DNA from: Kiritimatiellia bacterium
GTDB taxonomy: Bacteria > Verrucomicrobiota > Kiritimatiellia > RFP12 > UBA1067
NCBI GenBank assembly: GCA_024405335.1
Contig: JAKSOX010000001.1
Coordinates: 1-39,781 of the forward strand
DNA length: 39,781 nucleotides
Reading direction: 5' to 3'
Shown here: positions 26,444 through 35,800 of the stretch, one piece after another
How the letters are laid out: the number at the start of each line of letters is the position of its first letter
How positions within the stretch are numbered: the first letter of the stretch is position 1
Notes under the pieces: generated by a model
What the model was told of the DNA's origin: nothing
The model's input: the letters and a program-made list of their open reading frames with translations, nothing else
The model's database searches: none
Program-made: the position numbers and the translations under genes

Positions 26444-27757
26444 ATGGCAAAATTTCAATACGTGGCGGTGGACGCGTCGGGCAACGAACAGCGCGGCACG
26501 CTGGAGGCGGCCAACCGCGGCGCGGCCATCGCGGCCGTCCGCGCGAACGGCCTGATGCCCAAGGCGCTCGGCGAAATCAAAGGCGAAGAGGCCGACGCGG
26601 CCGCGCAGCCCAAGGGCGGCGCGCGCGGCGCGAAGAAGCCGGCGGCGAAGGGCGGGCTCAACAAGGAAATCAAGCTCGGGCTGCCGAAGTTCATGAAGGG
26701 CGGCGTGAAGGCCAAGGACCGCACCACCTTCACGCGCCAGCTTGCGACGCTGGTGAACGCGGGCCTTCCGCTCATGCGCTGCATCGAGGTGCTGAAGAAG
26801 CAGAACCAGATTCCGTCGATGGCGGAATGCCTCGACGGCGTGTCCGAAAACATCCAGGGCGGCGGCACGTTTTCCGAGGCGCTCACGCAGTTCCCGAAGA
26901 TATTCGACAACCTGTACGTGAACATGGTGAAGGCCGGCGAAGCGGGCGGCGTGCTCGAAGTCGTGCTCCAGCGACTGGCGGAATTCGAGGAAAAGGCGCA
27001 GAAGATCAAGAACAAGGTGAAGGGCGCGATGATCTACCCGGCGGTGGTTCTCGTGGCGGCCATCGGCATCACGGCGTTTTTGCTCGTGGCGGTGATTCCG
27101 AAGTTCAAGCAGGTGTTCCAGGACATTCTGGGCGGCGAGCGTTTGCCGGCCATCACGGAATTCGTGATGGGATTTTCGGCGTTCGTGCAGCACAACGGCA
27201 TCCAGATCGGTCTGGGCGTGGCCGCGCTCGTGGTGCTCTACAAGATCGTGGACAAAACGCCCCAGGGCAATTTCGTGCTGGACGCGATCCGCCTGAAAGT
27301 CCCCGTGACCGGCACGTTGGTGAAGCGCACCGCCATTTCCCAGGTGACGCGCACGCTGGGCACGCTGCTGTCTTCCGGCGTGCCGATCCTGCAGGCGCTC
27401 ACGATCGTGCGCGACACGTCGTCCAACCGCATCATCGCGAAGGCCCTGCAGAGCGTGCACGACGCGGTGAAGGAAGGCGAATCGATGACGGACCCGCTGG
27501 CCGCGTCGGGCGTGTTCCCGCCGATGGTGGTGTCGATGGTGCAGGTCGGCGAGGAGACGGGCGCGCTGCCGGAAATGCTCACGCGCATCGCCAACAACTA
27601 CGACGACGAAGTGGACAACGCGGTGGCGGGCCTCACGGCGGCCATCGAGCCGGCGCTGATCATCTTCCTCGCCGTGATCGTGGGCACGATCGTGATCGCC
27701 ATGTTCCTGCCGATGATCAAGATCATTTCCAACGTGTCCGGCGCGGGCGCGATGTGA
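26444..27757 (+). CDS. Type II secretion / type IV pilus inner-membrane platform protein (GspF/PilC family)
   Basis: The N-terminus (FQYVAVDASGNEQRGTLEA) is typical of the family. It has two T2SSF-like repeats with TM segments, and FTRQLATLVNAGLPL. A Lys/Ala-rich linker follows the first ~45 aa. Confidence 0.85.
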   Translation: MAKFQYVAVDASGNEQRGTLEAANRGAAIAAVRANGLMPKALGEIKGEEADAAAQPKGGARGAKKPAAKGGLNKEIKLGLPKFMKGGVKAKDRTTFTRQLATLVNAGLPLMRCIEVLKKQNQIPSMAECLDGVSENIQGGGTFSEALTQFPKIFDNLYVNMVKAGEAGGVLEVVLQRLAEFEEKAQKIKNKVKGAMIYPAVVLVAAIGITAFLLVAVIPKFKQVFQDILGGERLPAITEFVMGFSAFVQHNGIQIGLGVAALVVLYKIVDKTPQGNFVLDAIRLKVPVTGTLVKRTAISQVTRTLGTLLSSGVPILQALTIVRDTSSNRIIAKALQSVHDAVKEGESMTDPLAASGVFPPMVVSMVQVGEETGALPEMLTRIANNYDDEVDNAVAGLTAAIEPALIIFLAVIVGTIVIAMFLPMIKIISNVSGAGAM

Positions 27758-27785
27758 CGGTTTGTTTGGACGGGAGAACGAACGG

Positions 27786-29093
27786 ATGAAGAAGGCGTTT
27801 ACTCTTCTGGAGCTGCTGGTGGTGGTGGTGATCATGGTTTCGCTGATGACCATGATCTACCGCCTCACGGGCATTTCCGGCGGCGTGAACAGCATCGCGG
27901 ACACGGTGTCGAGGATGCAGCGCCTCGAAAACGCGCTTTCCGGCTACATGGCGGCCTTCGGTTCGTATCCGCCGGTGAAGGTGCACGGGTACCAGGACAT
28001 CTACCGCGCCTGCACCCAGAACGGCGAGTACTACGGCGAACCGGACAAGGCGTTCAACCGCAAGTGGGGCGGCTACCCCTGGAAGGACATCATCATGCAG
28101 GTCACCACGGCCTGCAAGGCGCAGCCAGTGCGGATGGATTTCCCCTACGAGTCGGACCAGGGCGCCCACGTGATCGAAACGTCGGACAATATCATCGAAA
28201 AGCTCAACTCCGGCGTGTACGACGACGACATCGCGCAAGCCAAGGAGGAACTGGGCGAAGGGCTCGTGGCGCAGTATCTGCAGTCCGCGCTGGCGGGATT
28301 CGACATCGGCAACCCGTGGGGCCGGTTCACCGCCGCGTCGAAGGATCCCAACGTGGCCCCGGGCACGCGGCTTTGCGACATGGAGGACTGGAACGACATC
28401 AAGCTTTTCCGTTTCGGCCTGCTCGCGTTCCTGCTGCCGCGCTATCTCATCATGATGGGCTGCGCCTGCGGCGAGAACATCGAGGGCGACAACCCCATGA
28501 CGTTCGCCCAGTGGACGGCCAACAACGCGCTTCCCGCGCGCTATTGGCTTGACGGCACGCCGTACACCGACTGGAAGGAATTCCTCAACGACCTCGGCGG
28601 CGAGAACGGAACCGACAAGTCGAAACGCTGGCGCATCGAAATGATCCCCTCGCAGGCCGTGTGCCAGCGGTGGATACAGAACCTCGCCGGCGACATGGTG
28701 ATGGGCCGCCAACGCGTTCTCTACGGCGTGGAAATCGGCAACGGCATGAGCACGCTGCTGATCGAACGCTGGATGGACGTGTACGACCAGGCGTTTTCCC
28801 CGGGCCAGAGCGGCACTGGCGTGATCGGCGACCAGTACGTGCTCGACAACTACACGATCACGGACGGTTTCGGCCACGACTTCTACTACTTTTCGCAACC
28901 GCCGTACACCAGCTACCGCCTGTGGAGCGGCGGTCCGGGCGGCGCGGCGTACCAGGACAAGGAAAGGGCGGGAGCCACGTTCCCGCCGTGGATGTCGCTC
29001 GACGACCTCCAGGACGAAGACATCCCCGCCGAAACGCAACGAAAGGTCGCCGCCGCGTGGATGGCGGACGACGTCGTCCATCTGAGCCACTGA
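27786..29093 (+). CDS. Large pseudopilin-like protein (435 aa) with a prepilin-type N-terminal methylation motif
   Basis: The N-terminus is MKKA|FTLLELLVVVVIM (Glu at +5, Ala at -1). A degenerate GspG-type C-terminal signature is present: DGFGHDFYYFS...LWSGGPGG. Confidence 0.7.
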   Translation: MKKAFTLLELLVVVVIMVSLMTMIYRLTGISGGVNSIADTVSRMQRLENALSGYMAAFGSYPPVKVHGYQDIYRACTQNGEYYGEPDKAFNRKWGGYPWKDIIMQVTTACKAQPVRMDFPYESDQGAHVIETSDNIIEKLNSGVYDDDIAQAKEELGEGLVAQYLQSALAGFDIGNPWGRFTAASKDPNVAPGTRLCDMEDWNDIKLFRFGLLAFLLPRYLIMMGCACGENIEGDNPMTFAQWTANNALPARYWLDGTPYTDWKEFLNDLGGENGTDKSKRWRIEMIPSQAVCQRWIQNLAGDMVMGRQRVLYGVEIGNGMSTLLIERWMDVYDQAFSPGQSGTGVIGDQYVLDNYTITDGFGHDFYYFSQPPYTSYRLWSGGPGGAAYQDKERAGATFPPWMSLDDLQDEDIPAETQRKVAAAWMADDVVHLSH

Positions 29094-29104
29094 AAGGTTT
29101 TGCC

Positions 29105-29731
29105 ATGCCACGCGCCGAACGACACGGATTCACGCTTCTCGAACTGCTCGTCACGATCACGATCCTGGCGGTGCTGATGGGCGTCGCGCTGAACTCCTTC
29201 AGCAAGGTGTCGCGCAGCGGGCAGCGCGCCAAGGACCAGGAACTCGTTTCCGAAGTGGCGACGTCGCTCATCTACCTCATCCAGGAAAAGAAGGTGTGGC
29301 CGACGGCCATCCTGAAAGGCGTGGCGGAAGGGGAGGGCGTCATCAACGCCGAGGTCGCCGCCGCTTTCGCGAAGGAAGGCCTCATGAACATCATTTCCGA
29401 CTCGGACGCCGACGGCGTCCTGCGCACGATCGGCCGCGACCGGCTGGGGCTCGTCGATTCCTACGGCGCGGCCGTGCTGAAGCGCAACAAACGCGCCGGG
29501 GAAGACGCCATCGTGCCGAGCGGCGGATCGATCCACGACCATCTCATCCGCTACGCCATCGACGACGACGACGACGGCATCACCGAGGCGACGGTGGGCG
29601 GACGGAAGGTGCGCGTGCGCGCGGCCGCCATCGCGTGGGGGTGCGGCCCCGACGGCAAAGTGGAGGATCCGAACCTCGCCGGCCGCACGGACGACGTGTT
29701 CAGCTGGCGTTTGACGCAGGAGGTGCGTTGA
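29105..29731 (+). CDS. Pseudopilin-like protein (208 aa)
   Basis: The N-terminus is ERHG|FTLLELLVTITILAVL. The C-terminal end is AWGCGPDGK...DDVFSW. Confidence 0.7.
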   Translation: MPRAERHGFTLLELLVTITILAVLMGVALNSFSKVSRSGQRAKDQELVSEVATSLIYLIQEKKVWPTAILKGVAEGEGVINAEVAAAFAKEGLMNIISDSDADGVLRTIGRDRLGLVDSYGAAVLKRNKRAGEDAIVPSGGSIHDHLIRYAIDDDDDGITEATVGGRKVRVRAAAIAWGCGPDGKVEDPNLAGRTDDVFSWRLTQEVR

Positions 29732-30360
29732 TGCGCCGGAACGGTTTCACCATTCTTGAATTGCTGATCGCGATCGCGATTCTCGGCATTCTCGTGGGGC
29801 TGGTGGCCGAAACGGCCGCCGGCGCCTACTGGATGGCCCGCAAGCGCCGCATGGCGGCCATCGAGCAGTCGCTCCAGACGGCCATCGAAACCTACAACCT
29901 CCGCAACGGCAAATGGCCCGGAGTGCTGGAGAACTACGCGAAAACCGCGTCCGACAAGCCGTATTACGTTCTTTCCGACGACCAGGCCGACAGCATCTTC
30001 GGCCAGTTGTTGCGCGAATCGTGCCGAAAAGGAGCGAATCCCTACCTCGACCCGCAGTCGATGTTCGTGGCGCGCAAGTCGATCGCCTTCGATTCCTGGA
30101 AGCGGAAAGGCGGCATGGATTTCAACGTCGCCATGCGCCAGAAGATTCCCGTGTCGCAGCTGACGGTCGGCTATCCGACGTTCGGCAAGGCGCATTTCCA
30201 CCGCTTCACGATCATCTACAAGCCCCGCACGGACATGGTGCAGGTGACGCATTGCTGCCAGAAGTGCTGCGTCACGAGCGACACCGAAGCCGGCATGTGC
30301 GTCGAGGAAAAGGGCGCGGGTATCCAATCGAAATGCCCGAACTGGTGCCACGACTATTGA
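29731..30360 (+). CDS. Pseudopilin-like protein (209 aa) with a Cys-rich C-terminal tail
   Basis: The N-terminus is RRNG|FTILELLIAIAILG. The tail is HCCQKCCVTSDTEAGMCVEEKGAGIQSKCPNWCHDY. Its ATG shares one nt with the upstream TGA. Confidence 0.7.
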   Translation: MRRNGFTILELLIAIAILGILVGLVAETAAGAYWMARKRRMAAIEQSLQTAIETYNLRNGKWPGVLENYAKTASDKPYYVLSDDQADSIFGQLLRESCRKGANPYLDPQSMFVARKSIAFDSWKRKGGMDFNVAMRQKIPVSQLTVGYPTFGKAHFHRFTIIYKPRTDMVQVTHCCQKCCVTSDTEAGMCVEEKGAGIQSKCPNWCHDY

Positions 30361-30370
30361 CGGAACGAAC

Positions 30371-31273
30371 GTGAAACAGGCCTTCACATTGCTGGAACTG
30401 CTTACGGTCATCGCCATCACGGCGATGATGGCAACCATTTCCATGGGCGCCTACCGCGGCGTCGTGCGCGGCATGGAGGACCGCGGCGTGATCGCGTCCG
30501 CCACGCTCGTCGTCTCCGCGGCCCAGAACCGCGCCCGCGCCGACCACGCCTTGACGGCCGTCTTTTTCTACAACGTGATTTCGCAGGAGGGCGACGACTC
30601 GCCCGAAAACAAAACGGATTACATGGCCCACGGCGAAGCCGTCGCGGTGCGCGGCATCGGGCGCATCACGCGCGTGTTCGGGAACTATCTGGCGGACGAG
30701 TGCAACGACCTCGAGCAGGAGTACGCGATTCTGGATTCCAAGGATCCGGTGGTGAAGAACCCGAAAACCAAGGCGTCCGGCCGCAACGCCACGGGCGCGG
30801 CGCAGATGATGCGGCTTTTCAAGTTGACGTCCGAACGGGACGCGCAGGGCAGCCGGAAGCTTCCCTGTTCCAAAGTGCTCATGAACGCCATCGTGGGCTC
30901 CGATTTGTTCCCCATGGAAGATTTCTATTTCGAGCCGCCCGTGGACGCGGACGGCAATCCCGTCCGGGAAATTCCGGGCGTTTGCTTCAAGGTCGCGGAC
31001 GCGAACGGCGTGTCCTGGCAACTGGGCGACGTGTACGCGGTGTCGTTCAAGGACACGGTGCTGCCCAACGGCTACGTGTTCGGTTCCAAATCCGACTTGC
31101 CGTCGTCGCTCGACGATCCGGTCAAGTTCGTGAAATCGATCGTGTTCGATCCCGACGCGACGGGCGCCGCGCTCGAGGGATCCGTAGACGTCCACTCCAT
31201 CCGTGCCGTCGAAGGCAAGCGCGTCGAGTTGCGCAAAGTGGGAACTTCGTCCACAACCACGGGGAATCTGTGA
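30371..31273 (+). CDS. Pseudopilin-like protein (300 aa, GspH-like position)
   Basis: It has a GTG start and the N-terminus MKQA|FTLLELLTVIAITAMM (Ala at -1). Confidence 0.65.
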   Translation: MKQAFTLLELLTVIAITAMMATISMGAYRGVVRGMEDRGVIASATLVVSAAQNRARADHALTAVFFYNVISQEGDDSPENKTDYMAHGEAVAVRGIGRITRVFGNYLADECNDLEQEYAILDSKDPVVKNPKTKASGRNATGAAQMMRLFKLTSERDAQGSRKLPCSKVLMNAIVGSDLFPMEDFYFEPPVDADGNPVREIPGVCFKVADANGVSWQLGDVYAVSFKDTVLPNGYVFGSKSDLPSSLDDPVKFVKSIVFDPDATGAALEGSVDVHSIRAVEGKRVELRKVGTSSTTTGNL

Positions 31274-31274
31274 C

Positions 31275-31907
31275 ATGGCGCGCGCGACCTCCAAATCCGG
31301 TTTCTCGCTCACCGAGGTGACGCTGGCGCTCGGCATCGTGGCCGTGGCCATTTCCGGGCTGCTGTCGCTCTACACGTATGCGTTCCGCGAAGGTTCGATG
31401 GGCCGCGAGGACACGGCCGGCGCCGCTTTGGCCGAGCGCGTGATCAATCCGCTCGCGTTCGCGCTGTCCTCCACGAACATTCCCTGGAGCGTCTGGACCA
31501 AAATCGGCTCGCCGGCGGAAATCCGCGACCAAGACCTGAAGGTGGTGCCCGTGTGCCGTCTGTGGCCGGCCGCGGGATGGCGCGCGTACATGGACGCGTC
31601 CTCCACGGTCGGCGCCGGCGTCTACGTCACGGGTTCGCCGCTGCGCAAGGCGCAGGACGCCTACCGCAAGCTGGTGGACCTCCTCGTGCCGTACCTCGAG
31701 CCGGACGTGCGGAGGTTCGTCCAGGGCGTGCCGACGCCCGGCGAAGAAGGTGGCATGGTGTACTCGCTCGTCATTTCCCGCGACACCGAGTTTTCGCCGG
31801 TCGTGAACGTGGCGGTCCGCTGCGTGCGCGCCAACCGTTTCGTGTATCTGATCAGCCAGCCGATGTATTTCACGGCCGTCCATTTCCAGGGGGATCCAAA
31901 CCGATGA
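31275..31907 (+). CDS. Pseudopilin-like protein (210 aa, GspI-like N-terminus)
   Basis: The N-terminus is SKSG|FSLTEVTLALGIVAVAISG. It starts 1 nt after the upstream stop. Confidence 0.65.
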   Translation: MARATSKSGFSLTEVTLALGIVAVAISGLLSLYTYAFREGSMGREDTAGAALAERVINPLAFALSSTNIPWSVWTKIGSPAEIRDQDLKVVPVCRLWPAAGWRAYMDASSTVGAGVYVTGSPLRKAQDAYRKLVDLLVPYLEPDVRRFVQGVPTPGEEGGMVYSLVISRDTEFSPVVNVAVRCVRANRFVYLISQPMYFTAVHFQGDPNR

Positions 31908-32356
31908 AACGCGGCTTTTCCCTGATCGAACTCATGGTGGCGTCGCTGCTGCTGTCCATGATCGTGGTGCTGCTTTCGACCATGATGAACCAGAGCGCCA
32001 TCTCCTGGCGCGCCGGCAGCGCGAGCGTGATCGAGCTCGGTTCGGCCCAGCAGAAGATTGTGAACCACCAGGTCGAGGCGGACAACCTGCTGCCGCGGCT
32101 TTACGGCGAAAGACCCCTGATGACGGTGTCTCCGTGGGACGTCCGCGGCAACGTCCGCGCTCGCGCCTTCGGCGTTCCGCAATGGGTGAAATCGTCGGTG
32201 AACCGTCCGGACTCGGACGCCTGGCAGGTGAGCGGCAAGGGCGGCAAATCGGGCCGGGCGGCGGGATGCCTCGTGGGCGTGGTTTCCGCCGGGCCCGACC
32301 GCAAGTTCGACACGGAAGACGACATCTCGTCGTGGATGGGAGACGTGGTGGAATGA
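31904..32356 (+). CDS. Pseudopilin-like protein (150 aa, GspJ-like N-terminus)
   Basis: The N-terminus is MKRG|FSLIELMVASLLLS. The C-terminal end is VSAGPDRKFDTEDDISSW. It has an ATGA overlap with the upstream gene. Confidence 0.7.
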   Translation: MKRGFSLIELMVASLLLSMIVVLLSTMMNQSAISWRAGSASVIELGSAQQKIVNHQVEADNLLPRLYGERPLMTVSPWDVRGNVRARAFGVPQWVKSSVNRPDSDAWQVSGKGGKSGRAAGCLVGVVSAGPDRKFDTEDDISSWMGDVVE

Positions 32357-32823
32357 GCCGGCGACGCGGATTCACGCTCTTGGAACTGTTGACGGTGATC
32401 GCCATGCTCACCGTGCTGACGGGCGCGCTTTCGAGCGCCGTGGCGTCGGCGCGCCGGCGCACGCGCATCGTCCGCGCCGACGCGGAAGTGCACGAAATTT
32501 CGAACGCCATCCTCGCCTACGAAAACATTTCCGAAAACAAGTCCCTGAACGGACACGCGATGAGCGACCAGGAGGCGACGGAAAAGAACCTGGGCTTCAT
32601 TTTGGGCGACGGCGGCAAAACGGCCGGCGGCGAAAAGATACCGGTGCTGTTCAACGGCGCGGTTTCGTCGGACGGCAAACTGCACGATCCCTGGGGCACG
32701 CCCTACCACGTGTCCATCGAGGTCACCCAGGAATCGCCTGAGGAAGACGAAGTCGGCAAGGAACTTTCCACCATTCTCTATCTGCCCAATTTCTACCGGT
32801 TGGGCGAATTGGAGCGGCAATGA
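32353..32823 (+). CDS. GspG-like major pseudopilin candidate (156 aa)
   Basis: The N-terminus is RRRG|FTLLELLTVIAMLTVL. The motif HDPWGTPYHV (DPWGTPY at 32686-32706) matches the T2SS GspG signature DPWGxPY. It has an ATGA overlap with the upstream gene. Confidence 0.75.
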   Translation: MSRRRGFTLLELLTVIAMLTVLTGALSSAVASARRRTRIVRADAEVHEISNAILAYENISENKSLNGHAMSDQEATEKNLGFILGDGGKTAGGEKIPVLFNGAVSSDGKLHDPWGTPYHVSIEVTQESPEEDEVGKELSTILYLPNFYRLGELERQ

Positions 32824-35800
32824 ACAAACGCGGATCGGCACTTCTCATCGTCCTCGGCGTGATGGCGTTCGTCACGGCGTCCGTCGTTTCGTTCGCCGTG
32901 TACATGCGCGAAAGCCGTTTGCCTTCCACCTTCTTCCGCCGCGCCATGGCGGAACGCCAGTTCGTGAAAGCCGCGTTGGCGTACGCCATCGACGAGATCG
33001 ACGCGGCCGTCGGCGACGACCCGTTCCCCGGCGTGGGCAAGAACGTCTCCTTGACGCGCGACGGTTCGCTTTGGGGGACGGACGTCTGGAAAAGCCGCGT
33101 GCTCATGCCGTTCGGCACGTGCGACTGGTCGAACACGGTGTCGGTGCTCACGCTGGAAGGGCTCGGCTATCTGCCGCCGGCCATCGTGAACGAGGTCCGC
33201 TGGGGCGCGCGCTGCACCACGAACGCCGTGTGGCGCGGCTTCAACTACGACTTGGGGCGCTACGCTTTCGTGGCGGTGAACGTATCCGACTTCCTGGACG
33301 TGAACAAGCTGCACGCGAACACGAACCGGTCCGTGGGCGCGCCCATTTCGCTGGGGGCCCTCCTGTCCCGCGAAGGATCGTTCGACGATCCGGAAATTCC
33401 GGCCAGCGATTTCGACTACTTCCTTTCGCGCCGCGGCAACAACGATCCGATGGTGGCGTTCACGTCGATGATGGACTACAATCTCGCGTGCAATTTCGCT
33501 CAGGACGCCAAAATCAAGCGCGGTTCGCCGTTCGGCAACATGATCCGGAACTGGACGAGTTCGTCCGACTCCTGGTACGCTGGAATGACGTCCAACGACG
33601 TGGTCCGCCAGGCGTTCATCACCGACACCTGGTTCCCGAAGACGAATTCGACGTGGCGCGTCGATTTGGACAATCCCGCCCACCAGCCGTTCGCCCTGTG
33701 CGGCTCGTGGTTTCCTGGCGACGCCCCGGGCAAAACGTCGTTGTCCCACTGCTACAACATCGACTACAAGCGCCAGCCGTGGGCGGGCACGTATTTCGAC
33801 ACGCTGCCCATCATCGCCACCGGCATGTTGTGCGATTATCTGGACAGCGACAGCGTGCCGTTGTCGCTGGCCATGCCGTGCACGGAAATCGCGCCCATGG
33901 TCGTGGGCATCGAAGCCGGCGGCATTTTCAATTTCCGCCTGGGCGTGAAGAAGACGCCGGTCGAAACGGGTCCCGCCAAGCAGGACGGCGAGGAGCCGGA
34001 CGAAATCAACGAATACACGCACACGCTGTGTTTCGCGGTCGATCCCGAAATCAACGTCACTTGCGCGTTTCCGTTCCGCCGCGTGGCGAACCGCCTGAAG
34101 AAGAAGTCGTTCTCCGTGCAGTGCGTGGCGCGCCTTTTCTTCACGGATTCCAGCGGCGCCACCTGGACCGATGGCGGGTTGCGCATCCCGTTCAACAATC
34201 CCGACGCGAACCGGTTGTGCCTGCCCGAGGCGCCGTTCACGTGGCCGACGCGCGACATGGCCGGCCGCGGCGGCGAAAACCCGCCCCCGTGCATCACGTT
34301 CGTTTCCGACAAGCAGACCGTCGACGCGCCGGACTGCTCCACGGACGAAGAGGACGTCGTGCTCGACACCCTGTCCTTTTCGTTCTCGCCCTCGCCGTAC
34401 ACCACGGGCATGTCGGCGAACGGCGACCGCGGCCTGGAACTGGCGAAATACCAGTACAACGAGACGTCCGGCAAATACGTGTGGCCCCTGGACGCCGACG
34501 GCAACCTTACGGACGAGGTCTACCAAAACGCCTTCCGTCTGTACAAGAGCGACTGGACGTTCGCCAAAATCGGCGACGGCGGCACGTTCCGTCCGTCGTT
34601 GGCCGTGTGGGTGCGCATTTCCGACAGCGACAACGCCACCGTGGACCTCGTGCCCGCGCACGTCCACTACGATTCGATCAACAACCACAACGACCACACG
34701 GACGTCGACATGCCCGACGTGTGGCGCACCTGCGCCAACAACATCGGCGACCGGCCGCTGCTCCGCTTCTTCACGTCGGGCGTCGATCTCAAGTTCGACC
34801 GCGCGTCGCTGCTGACGCTCGCCAAACAGACTGGCACGCTGAACGCCACGTTCGACCAGAGCAGCTACTACTGCTGCGACCCGCGCTACAACTACGCGCC
34901 CGAGGACTGGGTGGCTTTCGCGCCGGACAACGACCCGCAGAAGGATCCCGCGGAGCGTTGGCTGGACGAGGCGGTGCATCCCGTGATGAACGACGGCCTC
35001 CAGGGACGCGACCGCGACGTGTTCATGTTCGTGTCCAACCAGGGCTATCTGCAAAGTCCCTACGAATTGATGTTCATTCCGCGTTTGAAACCCTTCCCCG
35101 GAAACGAGGGCGACCCCGAGTGGGGCGAGTTCATGATGCGCAGAAACTTCGACGGCGTGGTCCGCACGTCTCCAGGCGCCCTCGCCGACGCCGACGTCAT
35201 GTGGCGCAGCTATCTGCCGCCGGCGCTCGGCGGCGAGGACGATTTCGGCCTGCTGCGGATGCACGAATGCGCCTCCGAAGAGGCGTTCCGCGTCAACCCC
35301 TACGGCGACAGCCGGTTCGTCGCGTTGGCGTTGGCCAACACGCCGTACGACTGGTTCGCCGCCGGCACGAACGCGCAAAACCTGTGCTGCTCCTCCGAGC
35401 GGACCGAAAAGCGGACGCAGTTCGAGAAACTTGTCAACGGTCTGCAGCGTTCGTTCTGCACCAAGAGCATGGACGACGCGTCGCGCTGGACGTTCGAGGA
35501 AACCCAGGCGCTCGGCCAGCGTTTTTCCGAGTTCTTCCGCCGTTCGGTGGCTGACGCTTCCATCGGTTCGTGGCTGGCGGCCTACGACAGTCTGGACTGG
35601 GGCGGAAAAGACCAGAGTTCCGGCGCTTCGCAGGCGTTGAACCCCGGCGACGATCCTTTGGAGGCGTTCGGCGACGATTTGACGTTCGCCGACCGCAAAT
35701 TCCTGTACGCGTTCTGGCGCAACTGTTTCGTGAACCGCCAGCAGCTGTTCCTCGTGTTCGTGCGCGCGGAAATGAACACCATCAGCATCAACGACAAAAG

